Shown here: piece after piece, positions 33,307 through 43,140 of the stretch
Layout: every line of letters starts with the position of its first letter
Position numbering within the stretch: position 1 is the first letter of the stretch
Translations under genes and position numbers: made by a program
The notes under the pieces: model-generated
Told to the model about the DNA's origin: nothing
The model's input: the letters and a program-made list of their open reading frames with translations, nothing else
Databases searched by the model: none
NCBI GenBank assembly: GCA_963696385.1
Contig: CAVOKF010000007.1
Location: forward strand, 576,001-640,000
Direction of reading: 5' to 3'
DNA: 64,000 nt
From: an uncultured delta proteobacterium
GTDB taxonomy: Bacteria; Myxococcota_A; Polyangia; Polyangiales; Polyangiaceae

Positions 33307-34236
33307 ATGACCCCCCGCTCCTTCTTCTTTGTCGCCTTTTGCATCGTATCGCCGTCGGCCACCCTCGGTGTCGCATGCGCGGTCGTGCCGAGCTCGTCCA
33401 ATGGCGCTGCGGGGGCCGGGACCACGGTTTACCATTCGTCATCCGACGCCGCGGAGGATGCGGGGACGGCTCCCCTGGTCTTGGCGGATGCGAGCATGAT
33501 CCCCTCCAATCCGGTTCAAGGAAACCCTCTCTGCAACGCCTCGCCCGCCGGGGGCATCAGCAGCTGCTTCCCGGACGACCCCTCCTCCGCCGAGGCGTGC
33601 CGAATTGCGCTCGACGGCGGCGTCTACAATCCGACGGCGGACTACGAAGGTGGGGTTCTTGGCTGCCACGTCGTCGCCGAAGCGGGCATGCTCTCCGCAC
33701 CCACCGCAGCCTGCCTGCCTTCCGGACCGGGCACAGACGGCATACCCTGCCACGTGTCCACCGATTGCGCCGCGACGCTCGAGTGTGTGGGGACCGGTTC
33801 GTGTCGCCGCTACTGCTGCTCGGACCCCTGCGATCCGTCCCACTTTTGTGACATTCAGCCGGAGACCCAAGACCCGGCGCTCACGGTACCGGTATGCATG
33901 CCCATCCAGCCGTGCGGCCTCTTCGAGAGCGTCGACGCTGCGGGGTCGTGTGGGGCGAACGCGACGTGCGCCGCGATTGTGGCCACCAACGGCACTCCGC
34001 TCACTACATGCGTCGAGATCGGCCTGGCTCAGGCGGGAGACAGCTGCGACTCGCAGCACTGCGCGGAAAATCTCGTGTGCACCGGCAACTGGGGCGAGAG
34101 GCTGTGCCGCAAGCTCTGCCACACCGAAGCCGACGCGGGCGATTGCGCACCCTCCGAGACGTGCATGGGCGGACTGCCGTTCTTTCTGGGTTCGGCGGTC
34201 GGCCTTTGCGAGAGTACCGTCGGCCCCGACCTTTGA
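33307..34236 (+). CDS. Cysteine-rich exported protein/lipoprotein
   Basis: Hydrophobic N-terminus with VAC; many paired Cys; CRRYC and CRKLC repeats. Confidence 0.7.
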   Translation: MTPRSFFFVAFCIVSPSATLGVACAVVPSSSNGAAGAGTTVYHSSSDAAEDAGTAPLVLADASMIPSNPVQGNPLCNASPAGGISSCFPDDPSSAEACRIALDGGVYNPTADYEGGVLGCHVVAEAGMLSAPTAACLPSGPGTDGIPCHVSTDCAATLECVGTGSCRRYCCSDPCDPSHFCDIQPETQDPALTVPVCMPIQPCGLFESVDAAGSCGANATCAAIVATNGTPLTTCVEIGLAQAGDSCDSQHCAENLVCTGNWGERLCRKLCHTEADAGDCAPSETCMGGLPFFLGSAVGLCESTVGPDL

Positions 34237-34298
34237 GGGCGAACCCGCTCGCCACGAAATCCGGTCCGGCGCCGAGAAACGACAGCGTCCCATCCGCG

Positions 34299-35651
34299 TC
34301 AGCGACTCCTCAGGAACGGAGGCGAAGGGGCGGTGGGCGTACGGGCCGGCAGCGGGGGCTGCGAGGGCGTACTCGGCGCGGATGGGGGCGGATCGGGCTC
34401 CCGGCGGGTCGAGCGTGGCCCCCCCCCGTCGTTGCGGGAAATGACTTGTGCGGCGAGAAGCGTCTGAACCACACGCATCACGTCGTTCGAACCCGCAGCG
34501 GCAGCTCCGGTGCCGTCCGCGCCGGTCGTACCGAAGTTGACGAACTGCCCGTTGGACAAGGCCACCGCGACCTCGCGCGTCAACGCGGGGGCAAGCTCGA
34601 GGCGACGCAAGTCCATGTACGCTTCGCCGGCCTCGATGAGCGCCTGGGCCTTCATCCGAATGGCGTCGGCTTCGGCCTCTGCGATCGCGCGGATGCGAGC
34701 GGCCTGCGCGCGTCCCTCGGCTTCCTGCTGGATCACGTTCTGTTCCGCGTCCGCGCGGGCCTGGGTAATTTGAGAGGCGCCAAGCTCCGCCTCCCGCTGC
34801 TTGCGCACCATCGCCTGCTTGATCGCCTCGGCGTTTGCGACTTCCGCTCCGTTGGACGCGATTTGCATGTTGAGCGCACGCTCTTGGTCATTGATTTTTT
34901 GGGCAGCCTCGAGCTGCGCCACCCTCGCACGTCGCTCTTCCTGAGCTTGCACCACGTCGGCGTCCGCCTTGGCCCGGGCGGCCGACTCGCGGCGCCGCGC
35001 TTCGGCCACTTCGCTCAAGACGGCCTTGATATTGAGGCTGTTGAAAGATAGCCCCAGATCGAGCAGCTCGCGCGAGCACGCGTCTTTGATGATCACGGCG
35101 AGCTCGTCGTCCTCGCTGCGCTTGGCCAACGCCAGGCCCTCGCTGCTCGCCGTCGCGACGGCGATTGCGGTGCTCGCGACCGGCGTCGGTCGCGCGTTGA
35201 ACAGCTGATCGTGGCGGAGCAAGTTGATGGCGCGACGGCCGGCGGAAGACAAGACGTCGGTCAGGGTCGAAAGCTGCTCCGACGGGGGCTTCGAAAAGAA
35301 CTTGTTGGCGGCGGTGTTCACCATCGCCTCGTCTTCGCCGACGCTCACGATCGCCGACGCGCGAACCGTGACCTTGACGGGAGACGGGCGAGCGTTGGCG
35401 TCCACGTCGGCCGTTTGGTCGGTGATTTCGATGTCGACGTTGATCGCTTGCGCCGGAATCCTGCGAACCTGAGTGATGACCGGAATGATCAGGGCCTTGC
35501 ACGGACCGCGATAGATATGCAGGTTGCGGCCCCGGCTCGCGAGAAAGATCTCTCCTGCTTCGACGCTCCGGAGAAATGTCGTCACGATGAACGACGTGAG
35601 CACCAGGACGGCGACGGCGGAAAGGGCAGCGACGATCAGAGAAAGCTCCAC
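34299..35651 (-). CDS. Flotillin/SPFH-domain protein
   Basis: N-terminal TM helix, SPFH-like core, AE-rich coiled coil (AEAEADAIR). Confidence 0.8.
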   Translation of the reverse strand: MELSLIVAALSAVAVLVLTSFIVTTFLRSVEAGEIFLASRGRNLHIYRGPCKALIIPVITQVRRIPAQAINVDIEITDQTADVDANARPSPVKVTVRASAIVSVGEDEAMVNTAANKFFSKPPSEQLSTLTDVLSSAGRRAINLLRHDQLFNARPTPVASTAIAVATASSEGLALAKRSEDDELAVIIKDACSRELLDLGLSFNSLNIKAVLSEVAEARRRESAARAKADADVVQAQEERRARVAQLEAAQKINDQERALNMQIASNGAEVANAEAIKQAMVRKQREAELGASQITQARADAEQNVIQQEAEGRAQAARIRAIAEAEADAIRMKAQALIEAGEAYMDLRRLELAPALTREVAVALSNGQFVNFGTTGADGTGAAAAGSNDVMRVVQTLLAAQVISRNDGGGPRSTRREPDPPPSAPSTPSQPPLPARTPTAPSPPFLRSR

Positions 35652-35732
35652 GGGATGCCTCCTTCAAGGACATGGGACGGAAAAACGGCAGCGCTGGCGA
35701 AAGTTCGGGCGAAGGGGCTTAGCCCCGTGACG

Positions 35733-36407
35733 TCATGAGACGCGACGCTCAGAAAGCGAGACGGTGAGACGCTCGCGATCGGCATCGACGTCCTCGATGC
35801 GCAAGCGGTCCCCGACGCGAACGGGCAAGTCACTCTGCGGATTGACGAGGTGCGCGGAAAACTGAACGAGGCGGCCGTCGCGAACGACAGCGACCACCCC
35901 GCGTCCGTTGCGAAAGGGCGTGACGGCACTGGCTTCTTCAAGCACCAGGGCGGACAAGGGGGAGCTCGGCGCCGACTGAAACCGGAGCGCGAAGTTCCAG
36001 AGCGGCGTGACCGCCAAACGCTCGACCGCCAAGGCAGGGACAAGCGCCAGGAGCGCAGCGGCGAGCGGATGAATGTGCTCAACGTGCGCAAGCACATTGC
36101 CGGACGCCCCGTAAAGAGCGAGCAGGCTAAAGACGACCCTCGGGGAAGGCAGAAGCCGCCACCACCGAGACCGGGGGGCGGCACGATCGGCCCCCCGACC
36201 ACGTTCCAACGCGAAGGGGTCCGTCCCCGCTTTGGAAGGCACTTGCAGTTTGCCGATGGACGCCGCGTGGCTCCGAACCGATCCGCCCATGTGATGCGCG
36301 TGCCCGCCCGCGGAATGACCGTGCTTGCCGCCGCCCAGCGCGGGCAGCGCCATGACCGCAAGGCCTGCCAATCCAATGACCATCAACACGAGAAACATCG
36401 AGATCAT
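35733..36407 (-). CDS. NfeD/YqiJ-like membrane partner of flotillin
   Basis: TM segments, His-rich loop, C-terminal OB-fold-like region (GRGVVAV...VGDRLRI); directly upstream of the SPFH gene. Confidence 0.65.
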   Translation of the reverse strand: MISMFLVLMVIGLAGLAVMALPALGGGKHGHSAGGHAHHMGGSVRSHAASIGKLQVPSKAGTDPFALERGRGADRAAPRSRWWRLLPSPRVVFSLLALYGASGNVLAHVEHIHPLAAALLALVPALAVERLAVTPLWNFALRFQSAPSSPLSALVLEEASAVTPFRNGRGVVAVVRDGRLVQFSAHLVNPQSDLPVRVGDRLRIEDVDADRERLTVSLSERRVS

Positions 36408-36584
36408 TCAGCCTAAGTCCTCGGCAGGCCGAGGGCGACCCCGAAGGCTCCGCGCCGAGCCTTCCGGCCCCCGGCCCGGGGGGGGTTCGCTGGGAAAGTC
36501 GCCCAGGCGCCAAGATGCGCAACGGTAGCGCCCTCTGCCGCATCCGAGCCAGTCGACCCACCGGTCGCCGACAGGAGAATCCCC

Positions 36585-37025
36585 ATGCAGACCGCGGACT
36601 ACGCCCAGAACGTCGCTACCTCGGGCGAGGCCGCGCCGTCGCGCCCCACGCCGTCCCCGAAAAAGTCCGTGCTTTGGACCGGGCGAGTCTTGAGCGCGCT
36701 GCCCGCGCTCATGATGGTCCTGAGTGCCGCGATGAAGATCTCTCACGCTCCGCAATTCGTGACCGTGTGGACCGGCAAGCTCGGCTACGCCGAAAGTCAA
36801 CTTCTGCCCATTGGCCTGCTGGAGTTGACGTGCGTGGCCTTCTTCGTCTTTCCCCGCACGGCAGTGCTCGGAGCCATCCTGCTGACCGGCTATCTCGGTG
36901 GGGCCGTGGCGACGCACGTCCGAGTCGGGGACATGTTCCTGATTCCGGTCGTTCTGGGCGTGCTCGCGTGGACGGGAGTCTACCTCCGCGACGAACGGCT
37001 CCGCGCTCTCATCCCGCTTCGGTGA
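36585..37025 (+). CDS. DoxX-family membrane protein
   Basis: AGGAGA RBS; PRTAVLGAILLTGYLGGAVATH and YLRD motifs. Confidence 0.9.
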   Translation: MQTADYAQNVATSGEAAPSRPTPSPKKSVLWTGRVLSALPALMMVLSAAMKISHAPQFVTVWTGKLGYAESQLLPIGLLELTCVAFFVFPRTAVLGAILLTGYLGGAVATHVRVGDMFLIPVVLGVLAWTGVYLRDERLRALIPLR

Positions 37026-37064
37026 CGTCTGAATCGACGGCGCGGGGTTCGCCCGCGCGCCGAA

Positions 37065-37607
37065 TCAGCGTCCGGAACGGGCAGGAGCGTCTTCGATCCG
37101 AACGTCGACCATCAAGTCCTTTGCGGTCCGTTCGAGCTCCGCGCGCAGGGCTGCGCGATCGGTCGATGCGGGGACGTGTACGTGAGCTCGGGCTTCGAAC
37201 AACATCTCGCCCGACATGGGGGCGCTCCGCCGATCGGTCGAAAGCTCCTCGACGTTGACGGCGGCGGCGGCGAGGAGCTGGGCAATCTCGCGCACGATCC
37301 CAGGCCGATCGACGCCCAACACGTCGAGCACCATGCCCACTTGCCCGGCGGTCACCTGCCGGTCCACTCGGTGTTCGGTCTCCGCAAGGACCTTGAGCCC
37401 GCCCGTTTCGAGGCCCGCGAGCGCGCGGAGCGCGGCGGGGACGTGTTCCGCAGGGAGTTCCGCACGGAGAATCCCGGCGAATTTCCCACCGAGCCGGATC
37501 ATCCGGCTCTCGAGCCAGTTGCCGCTATGCGACGCGACGATGGCGGCCACGGATCCGACGAGGCCCGGGCGATCCGGCCCAATGAGGGTCATCACGAGGT
37601 CGGTCAT
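37065..37607 (-). CDS. GcvR-like double ACT-domain protein
   Basis: GPDRPGLV and GVDRPGIV ACT motifs; SAPMSGEMLF. Confidence 0.88.
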   Translation of the reverse strand: MTDLVMTLIGPDRPGLVGSVAAIVASHSGNWLESRMIRLGGKFAGILRAELPAEHVPAALRALAGLETGGLKVLAETEHRVDRQVTAGQVGMVLDVLGVDRPGIVREIAQLLAAAAVNVEELSTDRRSAPMSGEMLFEARAHVHVPASTDRAALRAELERTAKDLMVDVRIEDAPARSGR

Positions 37608-37644
37608 GCAAAGCCTTGTACCAGGGCGGAGACATGAGGCGAGC

Positions 37645-37680
37645 GGGGATCTCGGGGTCGGGGTCGGGGTCGAGGGGGTC
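37645..37680. repeat. (GGGGTC)n microsatellite / G-tract cluster
   Basis: GGGG..(GGGGTC)3..GGGGGTC in the intergenic region. Confidence 0.8.
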
Positions 37681-38504
37681 AGACTAGCTTTTCGTGGGGA
37701 CTTCCGATTTTGTGCAGGACTTCGTAGCGATCGGACCGGACCCGCAGTGGGAACCTTGCGACGGAAGCCTCCCAGTCGGGATCGTCGATGCTCGCGAAGG
37801 CCTCGTTCAAGCGCCGGCCCCAGGAGTCTCGGATCATCGAAAAATACGGATTGGCTTCATCAATGCAAACGATGTCGTCGCAGCGCAGCGCGTCCGCTTG
37901 ATAGACGACCAGGTCGATGGGCAACCCGACGGAGAGATTGGACTTGAGGGTCGAGTCGATCGACACGAGGGCGCACTTGGCAGCCACGGGCAGCGGAGTG
38001 CTCGGCACGAGCATGCGATCGAGTATCGGTTTTCCGTACTTGGCCTCGCCGATCTGGAAGTAACAAGTCTCGGAAGTCGCTTCGATGAAGTTGCCGGTCG
38101 AGTAAACGAGGAAGAGCCGCATCGGCTCTCCCCTAATCTGCCCCCCGAAGATGAGCGTGCAGCCCGAATCGATGCCGGCCGCACGCAAAGCGGGACCATC
38201 TTCATCATAGACGCGGCGCACGGCGTGCCCGAGGACGCGGGCCGCATCGAACATGCTCGTCGCGCTCCAAATGGTCGTGGGCTCCGGGCCGTCGGTTCGG
38301 ACCCGTTCGACCTGCAGCATTTCGCGTACCGACTGCGTGACCGAAAGGTTCCCCGAGGAGAGCAGAACCATGAACCGATCCCCAGGTCGCTCGTAGACGA
38401 CCATCTTGCGAAACGTGCTGATTCTGATCGAAGCCGGCGTTGGTGCGAGAGTCGGACGCGAACACCATGCCGGCCGTCACCTTGAGCGAGACGCAATACG
38501 TCAT
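37679..38504 (-). CDS. Anbu proteasome-type protease; +1 frameshift at ~38422
   Basis: MTYC N-terminal Thr, DSRTNAGFDQ/ISTFRKM once one base is removed, GNLSVTQ, QIGEAKYGKPILDR and SNLSVGLP motifs. Confidence 0.9.
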
Positions 38505-38707
38505 GACGCTTTCATGACGCTACCGCGCAGCGCCGCGAATCGGCAACAGGTGCGCCTTCCGCACCCCCCCTGCCGCAGGGTGACGCGCGTTGCGACATCC
38601 ATCCGGAACTCGTGGCACTTTGCCTCGGTCCAACGGGCAACGTGACAAATGGGCCGCGCCCAATGAAGTCCGGCGACACAGGCGAGGCTTGTGAAAGCGG
38701 GGGGCGC

Positions 38708-39064
38708 TCAGGGGTCGAGGTCGCTGAATAGGTCGTCGGCGCTCGAGGCTGCCGTAGTCGCGGGGGTATGGGTCGCCGCGGGATCCGAAACCGCGGCGGC
38801 GCCCAGATCGCCGTGGGTCACGCCGATCGCGTGGTCGAGCTCCGCGTCGTGGGCACTTTTCCGCCGGGCTTCGTCGTCGAGCACTTTACCGGCGAGCCCT
38901 CCCGCTACGCTGCCGATCATCATTCCTGCGACCGCGCCGGCCGGACCTGCGGCGCTGCCGATGAGCGCCCCCGCGAGCTCGCCCGCAACAGCGCCGACGT
39001 CCACACCGTGCTCATGAGCGTGGCCTATCGTCGGTCGATTCGTCCTCTGCTTCTTCATGGCCAT
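38708..39064 (-). CDS. Small glycine-zipper protein (paralog of 44971-45357)
   Basis: GxxxG repeats followed by LDDEARRKSAHDAELDHAIGVTHGDLGA. Confidence 0.7.
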   Translation of the reverse strand: MAMKKQRTNRPTIGHAHEHGVDVGAVAGELAGALIGSAAGPAGAVAGMMIGSVAGGLAGKVLDDEARRKSAHDAELDHAIGVTHGDLGAAAVSDPAATHTPATTAASSADDLFSDLDP

Positions 39065-39210
39065 TGCCCTTATGGAGACGACAAAGCCGTCGGATGACGG
39101 GGCTCGATTGTTCGGGTCTCTGCATTCATCGCAAAAGGCTTCGAGTCGAGTCATGGCAGAGGACTCGGGCGCGCGACCGCCGGACACTCCCGCGGTCGCG
39201 GCCGCGCCGC

Positions 39211-39702
39211 TTACGACCTCTTTGCCGCCGTTTGAATCTCGACCTTCTTGGGCTGAAGGGCGGGGCTCTTTCTCACAGTGACGGTCAGCACGCCTTCCTT
39301 GAGATCCGCGACGACGTTGGCCGCGTCGACGCCGTCCGGAAGCGTGAATGTGCGGCTGAAGTCACCGAACGAGCGCTCGTACGTGTAGAACGTGTCGGTC
39401 TGCTCCTGATGCTCTGCCTCGCGCTTGCCGGCGATCGCGAGTCGGTTGCCCGTGACGGTGACTTGCAGATCGGATTCCTTGACGCCGGGCACATCCGCCT
39501 TGAACACGAAACCGTCCTTGGTCTCTTTGACCTCGAACTGGGGCGCAAAGCCTGCCGGCAAGTGCGGAAGAAGCGGAGACATCTCGATGAAGGGGTCCCA
39601 GTTCAACAGATCCCTCAGCACGCGACCGGGCTCCCACCGCACGGGAGCCGAGCTCGACGTGGGACGATTTCCGTCTTCCCTTCGAATGTTGATGTTGGGC
39701 AT
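39211..39702 (-). CDS. Hsp20/alpha-crystallin small heat shock protein
   Basis: ADVPGV, ERSFGDFSRTFTLP and GVLTV motifs; AAGGA RBS. Confidence 0.93.
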   Translation of the reverse strand: MPNINIRREDGNRPTSSSAPVRWEPGRVLRDLLNWDPFIEMSPLLPHLPAGFAPQFEVKETKDGFVFKADVPGVKESDLQVTVTGNRLAIAGKREAEHQEQTDTFYTYERSFGDFSRTFTLPDGVDAANVVADLKEGVLTVTVRKSPALQPKKVEIQTAAKRS

Positions 39703-39765
39703 GGATCGTTTCCTTTCGCCATAGACACCCGCGCTGTGCGCGACGTGTCCGTTGGTAGAAGGAAA

Positions 39766-39782
39766 TGCACGACCCGGGCCAA
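39766..39782 (-). promoter_or_regulatory. Putative sigma54 promoter for hsp20
   Basis: TTGGCCCGGGTCGTGCA (GG-N10-GC). Confidence 0.55.
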
Positions 39783-39810
39783 GCGCGGCCTTGCGCACGA
39801 GGGCGCCGTC

Positions 39811-39981
39811 TCTTCCTTCATCTGCTTCCTGCTTCTCCCTCCAGGGTCCATCCACGGATTCTTCTTTTCCACCTCGCTCCACGCCTCATCCACGGATCCT
39901 CCACGGAGTTTCTTCATATATTTTTCCCTTCTTTCCTTTCTTGTCTTCCCTGCCCTGCCCCCTGCCCGCCGATTTTCCTCC
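39811..39981 (-). other. Purine-rich (minus strand) GGA-dense intergenic element, candidate sRNA
   Basis: About 16 GGA triplets in ~170 nt; TCCACGGA x3 on the plus strand; strong strand skew. Confidence 0.3.
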
Positions 39982-40089
39982 CCGCGGAAATTGCACCGAA
40001 GAAGATGCCGTCCGCGGCAAAGGATGCGCATCGGACGCGCTGCCAGCGGCGCGATGCTCGTCACGGTCGGGGTGCCGCGCTTGTCCCGT

Positions 40090-40105
40090 GGGCACGATCC
40101 CTGCT
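40090..40105 (+). promoter_or_regulatory. Putative sigma54 promoter for ptb
   Basis: GGGCACGATCCCTGCT; ATG 15 nt after the conserved C. Confidence 0.55.
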
Positions 40106-40118
40106 CTCGGCAACGCCG

Positions 40119-41078
40119 ATGTTGCCAGCCCCTGCCCACGCCGGCGCAACGCACCGGGTGTTCGACGACCTGATTGAAGCGTGTCGTCGAGCGGCCGGCC
40201 CCGTACCCATGGCGGTGGTGGCGCCGACGACGGAGTTCGCCATGGGCGGCGTCGTCGTCGCAACCCAAGAGCACCTCATCGAGCCGATTTTCGTCGGAGA
40301 GATCGCCGCCATTCGCAGGGTCGCGCAGACGATGGGGTTTGACCTGACGCCCTACTCGATCGTGGACGCCAGCGACGACTTGGACGCGGCCCGAAAGAGC
40401 GTCGCTCTCTGCCGGTCGGGGCGATCGCATGCCCTGATGAAGGGAAGCTTGCACACCGACACGTTGATGCATGCGGTCCTCGAACACGACAGCGGCCTTC
40501 AAACGTCCAGACGCGTCAGCCACGTCTTCGTTCTCGACGCTCCGGCCTATCCGCGACCGCTCATCATCACCGACGCGGGGATCAACATTTATCCGACGCT
40601 CGAGGACAAGGTGCACATCGTTGCCAATGCGATCGACCTCGCGCACGCCATCGGAATCGAGATGCCCAACGTGGCGATCTTATCGGCCGTCGAAACCGTG
40701 AACCCGAAAATCATATCGACGATCGACGCGGCGGCGCTCTGCAAAATGGCGGACCGAAAGCAAATCACCGGCGCGGTGCTCGATGGGCCGCTTGCGTTCG
40801 ACACGGCCGTGAGCGCGCAGGCCGCGAGCGTCAAGGGGCTCACTTCCCGCGTCGCGGGGGTGGCCGATATCCTGGTCGTGCCCGACCTCGAATCCGGCAA
40901 CATGCTTGCCAAACAACTCGAGTATCTGGGGGGAGCCGAGCTCGCGGGGATCGTCGTCGGTGCGCGCGTGCCCATCGTCCTTACAAGCCGCGCCGATGCG
41001 TCGCGGGCGCGACTGGCGTCGTGCGCGGTCGCCGCAGCCTGGGTTCGCGCCGGTCAAAGCTCCCGGCTCCCGGCATAG
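40119..41078 (+). CDS. Phosphate butyryl/acetyltransferase
   Basis: LMKGSLHT, ITDAGINIYP, LDGPLAFD, PDLESGNML and LTSRAD motifs. Confidence 0.9.
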   Translation: MLPAPAHAGATHRVFDDLIEACRRAAGPVPMAVVAPTTEFAMGGVVVATQEHLIEPIFVGEIAAIRRVAQTMGFDLTPYSIVDASDDLDAARKSVALCRSGRSHALMKGSLHTDTLMHAVLEHDSGLQTSRRVSHVFVLDAPAYPRPLIITDAGINIYPTLEDKVHIVANAIDLAHAIGIEMPNVAILSAVETVNPKIISTIDAAALCKMADRKQITGAVLDGPLAFDTAVSAQAASVKGLTSRVAGVADILVVPDLESGNMLAKQLEYLGGAELAGIVVGARVPIVLTSRADASRARLASCAVAAAWVRAGQSSRLPA

Positions 41079-41082
41079 CCGA

Positions 41083-41152
<70 letters not shown>

Positions 41153-41162
41153 ACCCCCGGGG

Positions 41163-41675
41163 TCAGGATCTCGGCTTTTCTGCGGTGGACAGCTCGCGGC
41201 GGATCTCTTCCAGGGTGTCCTCGAAGAAGCGGTGCACCGCCGCTTGCGCGACACGATGGCCCACCGCCCGGTCCAGGGCAGTTCCGATCGGCCCGAACGG
41301 CGGCCGATAGTACCCCTCCATCTCGAGCTGCGTTTCCCCCGCGCTCACTTGCCACGCGGACAATTGCGCCTCCATCAAAGGAAACATCGGCGCCCCATGC
41401 GACGCTTCCCAAGCGATCTCGAGAGACAGCGACGGCGGCAGTCCCGCGATCGATTCTTCGTCACGGATTCGACGAATGTGCGTTCGAACGTCGACGGCCA
41501 CTTCGACACCGCCCACGCCGACGCGCAGACTTGCGGCGATCGAACCCGCCCGCGCCGCAGCCGAAGCCGTCGCACGCTGAAATAAGTCCAGCGGAGCACG
41601 CTGCAGCAGGGCACGGACCTGCTCGTAAGGATAGCCAACGTAGCCGTAGCAATGAACCCGTCTCCGATCATCCAT
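41163..41675 (-). CDS. Conserved hypothetical protein (SRPBCC/START-like fold suspected)
   Basis: ~170 aa; W..FP...L...TQL...G.YRPP.G..G..LD pattern; sigma54-like motif upstream. Confidence 0.65.
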   Translation of the reverse strand: MDDRRRVHCYGYVGYPYEQVRALLQRAPLDLFQRATASAAARAGSIAASLRVGVGGVEVAVDVRTHIRRIRDEESIAGLPPSLSLEIAWEASHGAPMFPLMEAQLSAWQVSAGETQLEMEGYYRPPFGPIGTALDRAVGHRVAQAAVHRFFEDTLEEIRRELSTAEKPRS

Positions 41676-41687
41676 GACGCCCACCAA

Positions 41688-41703
41688 AGCACGACGGGTG
41701 CCT
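41688..41703 (-). promoter_or_regulatory. Putative sigma54 promoter
   Basis: AGGCACCCGTCGTGCT; ATG 14 nt downstream. Confidence 0.5.
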
Positions 41704-41871
41704 GCGTCACCCCTCGGGCCCTGACCGAGCGCGAGGCCGTCGCCGCGGCCGACGGCCCGCGCAGGGATTGCGCCGCCGCGAATGTTCTTCCGACAGCTCC
41801 CGGGCCATGGTCGAAGGGCCTCGGGGGGTTGGATTGAAAGTTGCTCCGGTGTCGCGCGGAGGCATGCGACG

Positions 41872-42510
41872 ATGACGCGCGACGATGATCCCCCGACGTC
41901 GACGACTGTACGAACCCAAAACGCGGTCCTCCGAACCTTGGCACACGAACTGCGCCGCCAACGATCGGAACCCGAGACGACGGACGATCTGGAGGGGCAG
42001 GTCGTCGAGGAGTCCGCGCGATTGGCATCCGCGATGCGGGAGGCGAACCGCGCGCGGCAAAGTCGATCGCCGGGCGCTCCCGAGCTGGACAGTGCCGTCG
42101 GCGACCCGATTTCAGGTCGCCGGTGCCGGATTCTGATCGTCGATGACGACGAAGGCGCGCGGACCGCGCTCGCGGCTTGGCTCGGACGAGACTACGAGGT
42201 CGTCACGGCGGGCGACGGTATCGAGGGTCTCGAGCGAGCGGCCGAAATGGCGCCCGACATCGTCATCGCGGACGTCTGGATGCCGAGGCTCGACGGCGTT
42301 TCGATGGTGAACCGAATGAAGCGCATCGACTCGCTGCGCGATGTCCCCGTCGTCTTTCTCAGTGGCCAAACAGAGCCCGTGAGCATCGCCGCAGGCTTTT
42401 CGGCCGGGGGTCATTCGTATCTGACCAAGCCCATCGATCTCGGGTTGTTGGAGGACGAGCTGCGCTTGGCGTTGGGGTCGCAAAGCCCACGACCGGAGGG
42501 CTCTCCATGA
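41872..42510 (+). CDS. Response regulator with N-terminal helical extension
   Basis: ILIVDDD, IADVWMP and KP motifs; GGAGG RBS; TTGGATTGAAAGTTGCT upstream. Confidence 0.8.
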   Translation: MTRDDDPPTSTTVRTQNAVLRTLAHELRRQRSEPETTDDLEGQVVEESARLASAMREANRARQSRSPGAPELDSAVGDPISGRRCRILIVDDDEGARTALAAWLGRDYEVVTAGDGIEGLERAAEMAPDIVIADVWMPRLDGVSMVNRMKRIDSLRDVPVVFLSGQTEPVSIAAGFSAGGHSYLTKPIDLGLLEDELRLALGSQSPRPEGSP

Positions 42511-43067
42511 ACGACGGCAGACCCCTGCACGACGCCGGTATCCAAAAGCCCCGTTGGGCGGCGGCGCCGCCGCTGTCGGTCGAGATTTCGGATCCGGACC
42601 GGATTCGGTTCGAGCCCATACCCGACGGTGCCGCGCCGGGGCGGAGCGACGACGCCGAGCTCACGCCGGGCCCTTCGTTTCGGGTCACCCTCGTCGGTTT
42701 CGCAGGGCGACAACCGGAGCGCACCATGCCGCTATGGGTGATTCGCCAGGTTCATGTGACGACCGCCATGACCCGTGAATGGGATCGGGTCGCGGCGCAG
42801 CCGCCTTCGAGCGTCGCACGGCCTCTTGGGACTGCGGACCGCCAAGACGTCGAGGCGCGCGGCGCAAGCGAGCGCTGGCTTCGTCGCCCTTCGGAACACC
42901 CGCTCGGATCGAGCGAGGCGCTCGCTCGACGCGCGTCCGAACACCCGCCGACCGGGCATCGGGATCCCGGCGCGTCGCACGATCCACGACCCGGTCCAGA
43001 CCCCGCAGAGCCTTTCGGCTCGAGCGACCGATGGCACGACGGGCCCGGAGAACGACGCTACGGGTGA
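42507..43067 (+). CDS. Hypothetical Pro/Arg-rich protein
   Basis: GGAGGG RBS and ATGA overlap with the upstream gene; no recognisable domain. Confidence 0.35.
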   Translation: MNDGRPLHDAGIQKPRWAAAPPLSVEISDPDRIRFEPIPDGAAPGRSDDAELTPGPSFRVTLVGFAGRQPERTMPLWVIRQVHVTTAMTREWDRVAAQPPSSVARPLGTADRQDVEARGASERWLRRPSEHPLGSSEALARRASEHPPTGHRDPGASHDPRPGPDPAEPFGSSDRWHDGPGERRYG

Positions 43068-43140
43068 GTCGGTCGAAGCCACGGAACTCGATACTCTCGC
43101 TGCCCGACCGGGTTTTGTGGGCCACCGCCGAGGGCGACGG

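Noticed and set aside
39848..39925. oriC-like DnaA boxes plus AT-rich stretch
   Set aside because: Matches to TTATCCACA have 2-3 mismatches and no replication genes are nearby
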